The notes: generated from the letters alone by a model not told the origin. DNA of 64,000 nt from Heteronotia binoei (GCF_032191835.1 NC_083236.1:70680001-70744000), one strand, 5' to 3'. Shown: positions 1 to 10,647, counted from the stretch's first letter. Made by a program: numbers and translations.

Positions 1-41
1 TTTCAACGTATATATTGTGAGTTGTAAGAGCACCCATGTGT

Positions 42-203
42 TAGGGTTGCCAATCCCCAGGTGGGGGCAGGGGAACTCCCATGTGATGGCCAGAACTCCC
101 TTCGGAGTCCAATCGTGCTTGTCACACCCTGGCCCCACCCCCAAAGTCTCTTGGCTCCGCTCCCAAAGTCCCCAGATATTTCTTGATTTGGACTTGGCAC
201 CCT
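42..203 (+). mobile_element. Internally deleted hAT MITE (TAGGGTTGCCA family)
   Basis: TAGGGTTGCCAATCCCCAGG left end joined directly to the right-end portion of the family. Confidence 0.7.
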
Positions 204-268
204 GACACAGCCTCCGCCCCACCCCAAGGGTGCTGGTTTCCGTGGCATGACCTTCCCAATCCCCACAG

Positions 269-3200
269 CGCGTGGTCGTGGAGATGAACCGCTTGGGCAT
301 GATGGCGGACCTGGCCCACGTCTCTGTGGAGACCATGAACGACGCCCTGAACGTCTCCAGAGCACCAGTCATCTTCAGCCACTCCTCGGCCTATGCCATC
401 TGCCACCACCGACGCAACGTGCCAGACGACGTGCTCCTCCGGGTGGTGAGCGAGGCCAGGGTGGGGCGGGGTGGCTCGTGGCAGAGGCACAGGGTGGTGG
501 TGGTGGGGGGGGGGGAGACTGGAGGATGAGAAGGCCAGGCAAAAGAAACCCCAGCTCTCTTCTCCTAGGGAGGCTTGACCCTCTTCAGCTGGCCTGCCTG
601 TTTCCTTTCTTTCTCCCAACTGAGGCAGCCATTCTTTATCTGCAGAGCTGCGCCCGACTACTGGCCCGTTCGGCCCCTCTCTTCTCTGGAGGTGGGGGAG
701 ATGCAAAGAAGATAAAACCCTCTCTTCATTAGAATGATTCAGGCAGCTTTTGATGGCTTGTTCAGGGACCGGCCAGGCTGGGTGGAATCAGGAGGAGAGG
801 TGGAGCCGGGTCTTGAAGGGAAATAGGACTGCCACTCCCGGGGGGGGGGGGGGCAGGGGATTCCACCAGTTTGAAGGCCCTCCCCCTGCTTCAGGGTTAT
901 CAGAAAGCAAGGGGGGGGGGGAATGTCTGCTGGGCACTCCATTATTCCCTATGGAGACCAGTTCCCATAGGGCAGAGGTGGCCAATGGTAGCTCTCCAGA
1001 TGTTTTTTGCCTACAACTCCCATCACCCCCAGCCAGATGGCTGGGGGTGATGGGAGTTGTAGGCAAAAAACATCTAGAGAGCTACCATTGGCCACCCCTG
1101 CCATAGGGTATAATGGTGAATTGATCTGCAGGTATCTGGGGCTCTGTAGGGGGCTGTTTTTTGAGGTAGAGGCACCAAACTTTCAGCATAGCATCTGATG
1201 ACTCTCCTCAAAACACCTACCAAATTTCAAAAGGATTGGACCAGGGGGTCCAATTTTATGAGCCCCCAAAAGGTGCTCCTATCCTTTATTATTCCAAATG
1301 GAGGGAAGGCATACAAAAGGAGCATGGTCCTGTTGAATGTGAGAGCCAGAACTCCCTTCAGAGTTCAATTGTGCTTGCCAGACCTTTGCTCCTGGCTCCA
1401 CCCCCAGAGTCCCCAGATATTTCTTGAGTCAGACTTGGCAATCCTAAAGGGAGAGGGGGCCATGCCCCCTCCTCTGCCTGAATGTGCCCCTCTGCCTCTC
1501 CTCCCAGAAAAAGACCCGTGGCCTCGTGATGGTCAACTTCTACAATGACTACGTGTCCTGCAGCTCTAAGGCCACCCTCAGCCAGGTCGCTGGTAAGTCA
1601 GGGAGCAGGGAAGGAGGTGGGGCAGGGCGGGGGGTGGGGAGAACTGAAGCATCCAGAGGACGTCTTGACCTCCTGCTGCTCCTTCCTTCAGATCACCTGG
1701 ACTACATCAAGCAAGTGGCTGGGGCTGAGGCGGTCGGACTTGGAGGAGATTATGATGGTGTCAGCAGGTATCTTGGGGAGGGGAGACAAGCTCTGCCTAA
1801 TAGCCAGCTCCCCACCCCACCCCCAGTGCACGGCTGGCCCGAGAGGCACTTGAGCCTGCAACAGGGGGCCGTGTTGCCTGGGGACAGCCTGCTGAAGGGC
1901 CACCCAGGACTGATGACAGGAAGGGCTGCTGTCATATTAGGATGGGGTGGAGTCGCTTTCTGTGGGCCCTGAAGGTCAGACCAGAAGCAGGTTGAAATTA
2001 AATCAGAAGAGTTTCTAGCTTATGGAGAGGGATGGTGGTTTAGCAGGTAGAGCATCTGCTTGGGAAGCAGAAGGTCCCAGGTTCAGTCCCCGGCATCTCC
2101 AACTAAAAAGGGTCCAGACAAATAGGTGTGAAAAACCTCAGCTTGAGACCCTGGAGAGCCATTGCCAGTCTGAGTAGACAAGACTGACTTTGACGGACGA
2201 AGGAGGGTCTGATTCAGTAGAAGGCAGCTTCATATGTTCAGTTATTAGGGGAGGGATGGTGGCTCAGTGGTAGAGCATCTGCTAGGGAAGCAGAAGGTCC
2301 CAGGTTCAGTCCCCGGCATCTCCAACTAAAAAGGGTCCAGACAAATAGGTGTGGAAAACCTCAGCTTGAGACCCTGGAGAGCCGCTGCCAGTCTGAGTAG
2401 ACAAGACTGACTTGGATGGACTGAGGGTCTGATTCAGTATAAGGCGGCTTTCTATGTTCATAACATTAGGAAGAACTTCCTGACACAGCAGTTCGTTTGG
2501 TGTAGTGGTTAAGTGCGTGGACAGCACCTTCTCTGTCCAGAACAGAGGGTCTGGTCTGCTCCCCACTGAGAAGCACGTCCATCCTCCATGAAACCAAAAC
2601 CGAAAGTCAAGTAGTGGTTAAGTGCATGGACTCTTATCTGGGAGAACCGGGTTTGATTTCCCACTCCTCCACTTGCACCTGCAGGAATGGCCTTGGGTCA
2701 GCCATAGCTCTGGCAGAGGTTGTCCTTGAAAGGGCAGCTGCTGTGAGAGCCCTCTCCAGCCCCACCCACCTCACAGGGTGTCTGTTGTGGGGGGAGAAGA
2801 CAGAGGAGATTGTGAGCCATTTTGAGTCTTTGATTCAGAGAGAAGGGCAGGGTATAAATCTGCAGTTCTTCAATTCTTCTTCCTCAGTGGAACAGGCTTC
2901 CTCCTGGGGAGGTGGTGGGCTCTCCTTCCTCGAAGGTTTTCAAGCAGAGGCTAGATGGCTATCTGACAGCAAGGCTGATCCTGTGAATGAGGCAGATCAA
3001 GAGAGGGAGGGCAGGAGGGGCTGCATCAGCGCTTAGTTCTTGTGGCCCTTTCTTACACACCCAGGGAAATGCTGATTCCCACTTTGGGGTCAGGCAGCAA
3101 TTTTTCTCTAGGACAGTCTGGCCAGGGATCCTGGAAGGGGTTTTTTTTTGCCATCTTCAGGGCATGGATCAAGTGTCATAGGCGGTGGGAGGTTTTTGTG

Positions 3201-4445
3201 AGTTTCCTGCATTGTGCAGGGGGTTGGACTTGATAACCTTGGAGATCCCTTCTAACTCTGACTCTAGGTAGTTCTGAGGGCTTACAGGGGCATAAGAACT
3301 GTCCTGAGGACAGACCCAAACTGCCAGGGGAGGGACTCCCAGCAGCCTCTCTTTCCTGGCCTCTCCAGCAGGGCCCACCCCCTGCTGAGCCTCCCATCTG
3401 TCCTTGTGATGGAAGCCCGTTGGGCGGACTCCGGGGGTGGGGGTCTTCCCCCCTCCTCCTGGGGCTCCCTGGGACAGGGCAAGGAAGACCGAGCTCTTGC
3501 TCCGGGGGCTTCACCTGGGTGTTCTCTGGTATCACAGAGTCCCGGTTGGCTTGGAGGATGTCTCCAAGTATCCAGACTTGATTGCAGAGCTGCTGCGGAG
3601 GAACTGGACGGAGAGTGAAGTGAGAGGCGCCCTGGCAGGCAACCTGCTGCGGGTTTTCCGGGAAGTGGAGCAGGTAAGGTGGAGATCAGCAGACACCAGC
3701 TGTGGGGTGCAGGGAGTGAGCGGCACAGGAGAGCCTTCATTAAGAACATAAGAGAAGCCCTGTTGGATCAGGCCAGTGGCCCCTCCAGCCCAACACTCTG
3801 GGTCACAGAAGAACATAAGAGAAGCCCTGTTGGATCAGGCCAGTGGCCCCTCCAGCCCAACACTCTGGGTCACAGAAGAACATAAGAGAAGCCCGGTTGG
3901 ATCAGGCCAGTGGCCCCTCCAGTCCAACACTCTGTGTCACATAAGAACATAAGAGAAGCCAAGTTGGATCAGGCCAGTGGCCCCTCCATTCCAACACTCT
4001 GTGTCACATAAGAACATAAGAGAAGCCCTGTTGGATCAGGCCAGTGGCCCCTCCAGTGCAACACTCTGTGTCACAGAAGAACATAAGAGAAGCCCTGTTG
4101 GATCAGGCCAATGGCCCTTCCAGCCCAACACTCTGTGTCACACAGGGGCCAAAAAACCCCAGGTTCCATCAGGAGGTCCACCAGCGGGGTCAGGGCACTA
4201 GAAGCCCTCCCAGCTTATTCATGCATAAACTGGCTCTGTTCTGCCCCCCTCCTCCCTTCTTCTCTTGGACTCGGAGCTGAGCCGCTGCAGCTCAAGACCC
4301 ATGCACTCTCCCCTCCCCCAACCCTGCTTACGACCCGGCTCTTTTCCTTCCCCAGGTGCGGGACAGGATGTCTTTGGAAGCTGTCTCCCCTGACGACGTG
4401 CCCATTGCATCTGAGGAGCTGCAGGGGTCATGCCGAACTCACTAG
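269..4445 (+). CDS. DPEP1: Dipeptidase 1 (renal membrane dipeptidase), last five coding exons; 5' exons lie before the window
   Basis: GT-AG exons 269-445, 1508-1592, 1692-1767, 3538-3673, 4356-4445 splice in frame: [36 protein letters not shown]|..[12 protein letters not shown]..|[18 protein letters not shown]|..[22 protein letters not shown]..|..GSCRTH*. Metal/catalytic motifs AHVS, FSHSS and GGDYDG are retained. Upstream neighbour of CHMP1A, as in human. Confidence 0.95.
824..1446 (+). mobile_element. hAT MITE (TAGGGTTGCCA family) with nested insertion
   Basis: Degenerate TIRs; 8-bp TSD AAGGGAAA/AAGGGAGA. Confidence 0.8.
973..1100. mobile_element. 128-bp palindromic hAT MITE
   Basis: 63-bp inverted arms (2 mismatches) with a 2-nt loop; perfect 8-bp TSD CCATAGGG (965-972, 1101-1108). 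Confidence 0.9.
2022..2460 (+). mobile_element. Tandem dimer of a tRNA-derived SINE with CR1-like tail
   Basis: Two ~215-bp copies with A-box (GGCTCAGTGG) and B-box-like (GGTTCAGTCCC) head and a ..TATGTTCA tail. Confidence 0.75.
2610..2882 (+). mobile_element. tRNA-derived SINE with L2-like tail (family present about 12 times in the window)
   Basis: Head GTAGTGGTTAAG, B-box GGTTTGATT, tail ..GGGTATAAATC plus (TCT)n. Confidence 0.8.
3742..4212 (-). repeat. Tandem array of six 67-bp CR1 3'-terminal units in the last DPEP1 intron
   Basis: Unit AAGAACATAAGAGAAGCC..GTCAC starts at 3742, 3809, 3876, 3943, 4010, 4077; the last runs into CR1 3' UTR body. Confidence 0.9.
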
Positions 4446-4627
4446 GGGGACACTCTGTCCCGGATTCGCCTGCTCTGCTGGCGCCCTTTCTCCTGCCTGA
4501 TGGCTGCTGTAGAAGCCCCCAAACTCACTAAGCCCCGGCTGAGCAGGTCATGCTGCAAAGCCAGCATCTGTTATAAGCCGCCCTGAGCCCTGCTACTTGC
4601 AGGGAAGGGTGGCCTAAAAATGTAATT

Positions 4628-4633
4628 AATAAA
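4628..4633 (+). terminator. Probable DPEP1 polyadenylation signal
   Basis: AATAAA about 180 nt after the stop codon. Confidence 0.6.
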
Positions 4634-4974
4634 ATCGCGTCTCACACCTCAGTCAACACTGTACCCCCTTTGCCCCCCCTCCCCACCTCTTGTGGTAGGA
4701 AACACAGAAAAACCAGCTGTCCTTCTGCTCCTATGCTGGATTTTTGATTGGGCCATGCGGGGGGGGGGGGGGGGGGAGTGTAAAAGAAAATATTGGCAGC
4801 CAAATCCAGTCATTGCCATTGTATTGTTTCCCTTCTGCATTGTCATGCTGCCTCCTTCTAAGGAGTTGTGGGCTCAGTCGAGTCTCTCTCCCAGTGCTTT
4901 TCTCCACTGCCACCCTGGGAGGAGGCTGGGCTGAAAGGTGACTGGCTCCAGGTGACCCAGAGAGCATCAAGGCC

Positions 4975-5278
4975 AAAATCTCCTTCCTTGGAGGTTCTTC
5001 AACAGAGGCTAGATGGCCATCTGACAGCAATGAGGATCCTGTGAATTAAGGGGGAGGTGTTTGTGAGTTTAGAGCGATTCCTCAGTGGAACAGGCTTCCT
5101 CCTTGGGAGGTGGTGGGCTCTCCTTCCTTGGAGGTTTCTCAACAGAGGCTAGACGGCCATCTGACAGCAATGAGGATCCTGTGAATTTAGGAGGAGGGGT
5201 TTGTGAGTTTCCTGCCTTGTGCAGGGGGTTGGACTCGATGACCCTGGAGGTCCCTTCTAACTCTAGGATTCTCTGATT
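4975..5278 (+). mobile_element. CR1 3' UTR fragments (two overlapping pieces)
   Basis: AGAGGCTAGATGGCCATCTGACAGCAATGAGGATCCTGTGAAT duplicated; ATTCT-type tail. Confidence 0.75.
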
Positions 5279-6274
5279 CTAAAGTGGGATTTGAACCCTC
5301 ATCTCTCCCCATGCCAACCTGATACAGGGTGTCTCCTCCCGGCCAAGACGCTCTCTCTCTTGGCCTAGCTGAGGTGGCAGGAGCTGCCTGGGGGTAGGGG
5401 CAGGGCTCTGGGTGGAAGCCCCCAGGCAGTGAGGCAGCTCCCAAGGCCCAGGGCTTTTTCTGGGGGGGGGGGGGGGATGAACTGCCACATAGCCTCCATT
5501 CTTGTCCTGCCCCCCCCCCCGTGTGCAGCTCCCCCACCTTTTGCTTGGCCCTCTCCCCCCCCACCCCCCGCTCCCTGGCACATGGGCCTCCCAACATCAC
5601 TGGGGAAGGCTGTGCAGGAAGCCATTGCTGGCAGGGACAGAAGGGGAAGCGCCCAGTGCCAGGGGAGACAAGGCAGAAGACACGGAGGCGGGGAGGCGAG
5701 GGGGAAAGGAGGGTCAGGAGCGGCTCACCTTCCAGGCTCAGGAGCTGGCAAGAAGCAGCCCAACGGCCTCCTCTCACTGGTGGCAAGGCAAGGCAGCCCC
5801 GTCTCCAGGCACAGACGGAGACGCCGAATGCCAGCCAGGCGTCCCGTTCCATGGGCTCCATCCAAGCATCCATCATTAGCTAATTAATTGGCTAATCAAG
5901 CGGCTCATTAGCAGCTTCCTCTGGCATTTCAGGAACAGCCTGTCTTTGCCAGCAGGCAGACAGCGGAAGGCACCTGGGCAAGCGGGGTGGGAGGGGGGAG
6001 TCAGCTTCCTGTTGTGTCGGCTGGCTGGCTGGCTGGGCGGGGGTGGGGGGAGGAGAGGACAGACAGAGATGGGGCTCTCCTTCTCTAGCAAGTGCTGTGA
6101 GCTCCTCAGCAAGGGGGCAGGAGAAGAAGATTCCCTGCTCAACAGCCAGCTGGCCTGGCAGCGCAGACCAGCCATGAGTGGCTCTCAGAACTGCCTGGGA
6201 GGAACCAAAGGGGGCTCCTGAGGCCCATCTGGAAGGTGCTCTCAAGTCACAGCCAACTCAGGTGAGGTTCTCAA

Positions 6275-6585
6275 GGCAAGAGTCATGCAGAGGCAGGTTG
6301 CCGCTGCCGGCCTCTGCGTAGCGACCCTGGACTTCCTTGGGGGTCTCCCATCCGAGTCCTAACCAGACCAGCCCTGCTTAGCTTCTGAGATCTGATAAGA
6401 TCAGGCTAGCCTGGGCCACCCCAGGTCAGGGCAAGAGACATCCAGAGGCGGTTGGCCCTTGCCTGCATCCGCGTTGCAACCCTGGACTTCCTTCATGGTC
6501 TCCCATCCACGTACAAACCAGGGCCGACCCTGTTTAGCGCCTGAGCTCTGATTAGACTGCCCTTGCCAGGGCTATGCGGGTCAGG
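6275..6585 (-). mobile_element. Two tandem 5S rRNA-derived SINE heads
   Basis: Reverse complement GATCTCAGAAGCTAAGCAGGGCTGGTCTGGTTAGGACTCGGATGGGAGACC resembles the 5S internal control region; diverged repeat with period about 155 bp. Confidence 0.75.
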
Positions 6586-6857
6586 GAACTGCTCCAGACA
6601 GCCCCCATTGCCGTGTAGGCAGGACACTCGAGGGCAATCCCTTGCATGGAACCCAGAGGCGTCGCAATAGAAGAGACTGCTTCTAGAGATCTTCCCAGCC
6701 CCGCCTGACCCTTTGGCAGTGTGCTAAGGCTGTTCACTTCTTGCCTGTTGCCTTGTGACCAAAGCCCCAGGGAGACCAGGTGTTTGGTTCTGCAGCCTTT
6801 CCTGCAACTCCTTTCCCCATTCAAAACACTCCTAAGGAACAACTCCTCCGCTGTGAC

Positions 6858-7005
6858 CAGTGTGCCCTCTAAGCTGAGTTAGTGTGAGCTCGCACAGATT
6901 TTTAGCCTCCAGCTCACACATTTTTGTCTCGGCTCAGGAAGGCTGGCCCCAGAGCACGCGAATTTCTGCAGCAGCTCACAAAGTAGAATTTTAGCTCCCA
7001 AGACT
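6858..7005. mobile_element. Probable hAT MITE fragment
   Basis: Starts CAGTGTGCCCTCTAAGCTGAG, a hAT-like terminus; right end not resolved. Confidence 0.45.
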
Positions 7006-7032
7006 CCACAGCTTAAAGGGAGTCTTGGCTGC

Positions 7033-8017
7033 GACTATAATAATAATAATACTTTTTATTTGTATCCCGCCCTCCCCGCCCGTGCAGGCTCAGGGCAGCT
7101 CACAACATACGAATGTAATATACAATAAACCCATACATAGTAATTACAATTACAATTATAAGATCATCATTAAATCATTAACAACTTGTATTAAAATTAA
7201 CATTATGGTGCTATAACTTAGGTCTTCAATAAAATTCAGTGGCTAAAACATGTCCAGCGAAACTTTCTTGGCTCGGTATTAGGTGAAGGCTATTTTGAAG
7301 AGGTAGGTCTTACAGGCCCTGCGGAATTGGTCTAAACATCGCAGGGCCTGTACCTCCTCCGGGAGTTGATTCCACAGCAGTGGAGCTGCAGTGGAGAAGG
7401 CCCGATCCCGGGTGGTCTTCAGTCTGGCCTCACTTGGCCCAGGGATATTCAGCTGGTTCTTTCCAGCTGACCTCAACGCTCTCTGGGGCTCATATGGGGA
7501 GAGACGGTCCCTCAAGTAGGCAGGTCCTCGGCCATATAGGGCTTTAAAGGTGATAACCAGCACTTTGTAATGGACTCAGTACACCACTGGCAGCCAGTGC
7601 AGTCCGCGCAGCCCCGGCTGAATGTGCTCCCATCTTGGGAATCCCAACAGCAGCCTAGCCGCCGCGTTCTGCACCAGCTGCAGCCGCCGAGTTCGGCACA
7701 AGGGCAGCCCCATGTAGAGGGCGTTACAGTAGTCCAGTCTCGAGGTGACCGTAGCATGGATCACCGTTGCTAGGTCCCGGCGCTCCAGGAAGGGGGCCGA
7801 CTGCTTCGTCCGTCGAAGGTGAAAGAACGCGGACTTGGCAGTGGCCGCTATCTGTGCCTCCATTGACAGTGAAGGCTCCAGAAGAACCCCCAAGCTCTTG
7901 ACCCTGGGGGTTCAGCAGCACACGTCAAAAAACGGAAGGGGGATTTCCCTTCCCGGGGCACCGCGGTCCAAGCAAAGGACCTCTGTCTTTGTTGGATTCA
8001 ACTTCAGCCCACTCTGA
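7033..8017 (-). mobile_element. L2 LINE 3' fragment (ORF2 C-terminus plus tail)
   Basis: HATVTSRLDYCNALY..LQLVQNAAARLL..LHWLP..FKALYG..RAFSTAAPLLWNQLP; (TAA)n-type tail near 7035. Confidence 0.9.
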
Positions 8018-8541
8018 ACTGGTTTCCAACTGCATCTCCTCGTTGTGGTGAGTCTGGTGCTTCTGTAAGAATGTGTTAACTGCAGCAGCCACATTGCCTG
8101 TTTCCCTCATGGGTGCCAGTCTTCATGGGCCAGTTCTCACCCCTTGACAAGACTGGTGTTGCGGATACTGGGGCAGCCTTGCCCCCAAGGCCAGCTTTCT
8201 GGTCAGATTCATTCCACAGCATCTGTGCAAGGCTTCCGTCTCCTCAGTGAGCCAAATTCACACGTGCCCTGCTGGCCCTATAATGCCTGCCGTGAGTGGC
8301 TTTGAGGGAAGGTGCTTTAAAATGCACGTGAAACAGGTTTCCGAACTGTGCACAAGGCCATGGAGAAAGGGAGGCCAACAGGTGCGTTTTAGGCTCCTGT
8401 GCACGTAACAAAAATGTCTGTTGGGCTTGTCTGTGGCATCGTTAGGGGGAAGGAGCCCTCCAGTGGCCAAAGCAATCAGTGCAAAAAACATCAGAGCCCA
8501 GTGGCACCTTGAAGACCAAGAAAGTTATATTCTGGGGATAC

Positions 8542-8932
8542 AAGAAGATGTTGGATTTATATCCCGCCCTCCACTCCGAAGAGTCTCAGAGCGGCTCACA
8601 ATCTCCTTTCCCTTCCTCCCCCACAACAGACACCCTGTGAGGTAGATGAAGATATTGGATTTATATCCCGCCCTACACTCCGAAGAGTCTCAGAGCGGCT
8701 CACAATCTCCTTTCCCTTCCTCCCCCACAACAGACACCCTGTGAGGTGGGTGGGGCTGGAGAGGGCTCTCACAGCAGCTGCCCTTTCAAGGACAACCTCT
8801 GCCAGAGCTATGGCTGACCCAAGGCCATTCCAGCAGGTGCAAGTGGAGGAGTGGGGAATCAAACCCGGTTCTCCCAGATAAGAGTCTGCACACTTAGCCA
8901 CTACACCAAACTGACTCTCTACAGACATAACC
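8542..8932 (-). mobile_element. tRNA-SINE (L2-tail family) with duplicated 3' end
   Basis: Tail segment repeated at 8542-8645 and from 8646; head ends CCACTACACCAAACTG. Confidence 0.85.
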
Positions 8933-9330
8933 ACTACACCAAACAACAGAATAAAACTTTTTTGATCTTAAAGGTGCCACTGAACTCAAACTTAGTTCTG
9001 CTGCTTCAGAACCACACAGCTGCCCACCTGCAAAAAATGTATCTCCTAACTTTGATGGCGGGCAGGGGGGAGACTGTGACAACAGCTCTGCCCCCTAATA
9101 AGACTCCACCCATGTTGGTCTTGGAATGCAAAAGTGTCTGTTCTCATCTGATACACCCAACACCAGAGTGAAAACTTCCAAGCAGGGCTGGACGGACCAA
9201 TGCTCTGGAAACTGCAGTTCAGGACAAGAATTATGGACTAATGGGGGAACAAGTTAAACATAACCCCTGATATTCTGTTGTAGATTCCCTCCTGCCTTCT
9301 CCAGTTCTCAGCTGACTCGGGGGCAGGGAT

Positions 9331-10625
9331 AAAAACATACGAGAAGCCATGTTGGATCAGGCCAATGGCCCCTCCAGTCCAACACTCTGTGTCACATAAG
9401 AACATAAGAGAAGCCCTGTTGGATCAGGCCAATGGCCCCTCTAGTCCAACACTGTGTGTCACATAAGAACATAAGAGAAGCCATGTTGGAGCAGGCCAAT
9501 GGCCCCTCCAGTCCAACACTCTGTGTCACATAAGAACATCAGAAAAGCCCTGTTGGATCAGGCCAATGGCCCCTCTAGTCCAACACTGTGTCACATAAGA
9601 ACGTAAGAGAAGCCCTGTTGGATCAGGCCAATGGCCCCTCTAGTCAAACACTCTGTGTCACATAAGAACATAAGAGAAGCCATGTTGGATCAGGCCAATG
9701 GCCCCTCCAGTCCAACACTCTGTGTCACATAAGAACATAAGAGAAGCCATGTTGAATCAGGCCAATGGCCCCTCCAGTCCAACACTCTGTGTCACATAAG
9801 AACATAAGAGAAGCCATGTTGGATCAGGCCAATGGCCCCTCCAGTCCAACACTCTGTGTCACATAAGAACATAAGAGAAGCCATGTTGGATCAGGCCAAT
9901 GGCCCCTCCAGTCCAACACTCTGTGTCACATAAGAACATAAGAGAAGCCATGTTGGATCAGGCCAATGGCCCCTCCAGTCCAACACTCTGTGTCACATAA
10001 GAACATAAGAGAAGCCATGTTGGATCAGGCCAATGGCCCCTCCAGTCCAACACTCTGTGTCACATAAGAACATAAGAGAAGCCATGTTGGATCAGGCCAA
10101 TGGCCCCTCCAGTCCAACACTCTGTGTCACATAAGAACATAAGAGAAGCCATGTTGGATCAGGCCAATGGCCCATCCAGTCCAACACTCTGTGTCACACA
10201 GTAGCAAAAAAACAAAAAAGGTGCCATCAGGAGGTCCACCAGTGGGGCCAGGAAACTAGAAGCCCTCCCACTGTTGCCTTCCCCAAGCACTAAGAAGACA
10301 GAGCATCACTGCCCCAGACTTAAGAACATAAGAGAAGCCATGTTAGATCAGGCCAGTGGCCCATCCAGCTCAACACTCTGTGCCAAACAGTGGCCAAAAA
10401 ACCCAGATGCCATCAGGAGATCCACCAGTGGGGCCAGAACTCCAGAAGCCCTCCCACTGTGCCCCCCCCCCCCGCAAGCACCAAGAGTACAGAGCATCAC
10501 TTGCCCCAGCCACAGTTCCAACAATATGCTGTGGCTTATAGCCACTGATGGACCTCTGCTCCAGATGTTTATCCAATCCCCTATGTAAAGCCAGGGGATA
10601 TGTAAGCCTTCATGCCACCAGTGGT
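9331..10625 (-). repeat. Array of thirteen 67-bp CR1 3'-terminal units, plus a fourteenth unit and CR1 3' UTR body
   Basis: Unit starts 9331, 9398, 9465, 9532, 9597, 9664, 9731, 9798, 9865, 9932, 9999, 10066, 10133, then 10322; units 8-12 appear identical. Confidence 0.92.
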
Positions 10626-10641
10626 TTCCAGACAGTATTCA

Positions 10642-10647
10642 TTTATT
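10642..10647 (-). terminator. Candidate CHMP1A polyadenylation signal
   Basis: TTTATT on + (AATAAA on -) about 1.2 kb past the stop, at the end of the unique sequence just before the CR1 remnant. Confidence 0.45.

Larger units (their letters stand above)
1972..3275 (+). mobile_element. CR1 LINE 3' fragment interrupted by nested SINEs
   Basis: Pieces 1972-2020, 2460-2495 and 2882-3275 join into the same CR1 3' sequence seen intact at 19503-20388. Confidence 0.75.

Noticed and set aside
2247-2325. tRNA gene
   Set aside because: A and B boxes are present but there is no proper acceptor/anticodon stem, and it continues into a SINE body found several times in the window.
4759-4777. G-quadruplex or special role for long poly-G/poly-C runs
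   Set aside because: Such runs are scattered throughout, many within MITEs, and homopolymer lengths are unreliable; nothing specific supports a function.
6330-6430. 5S rRNA gene
   Set aside because: Only the internal control region resembles 5S; both ends diverge and there is no T-run terminator.
9331-10200. CRISPR-like array
   Set aside because: Contiguous 67-bp units with no unique spacers, no cas genes, eukaryotic context; the unit is a CR1 3' end.
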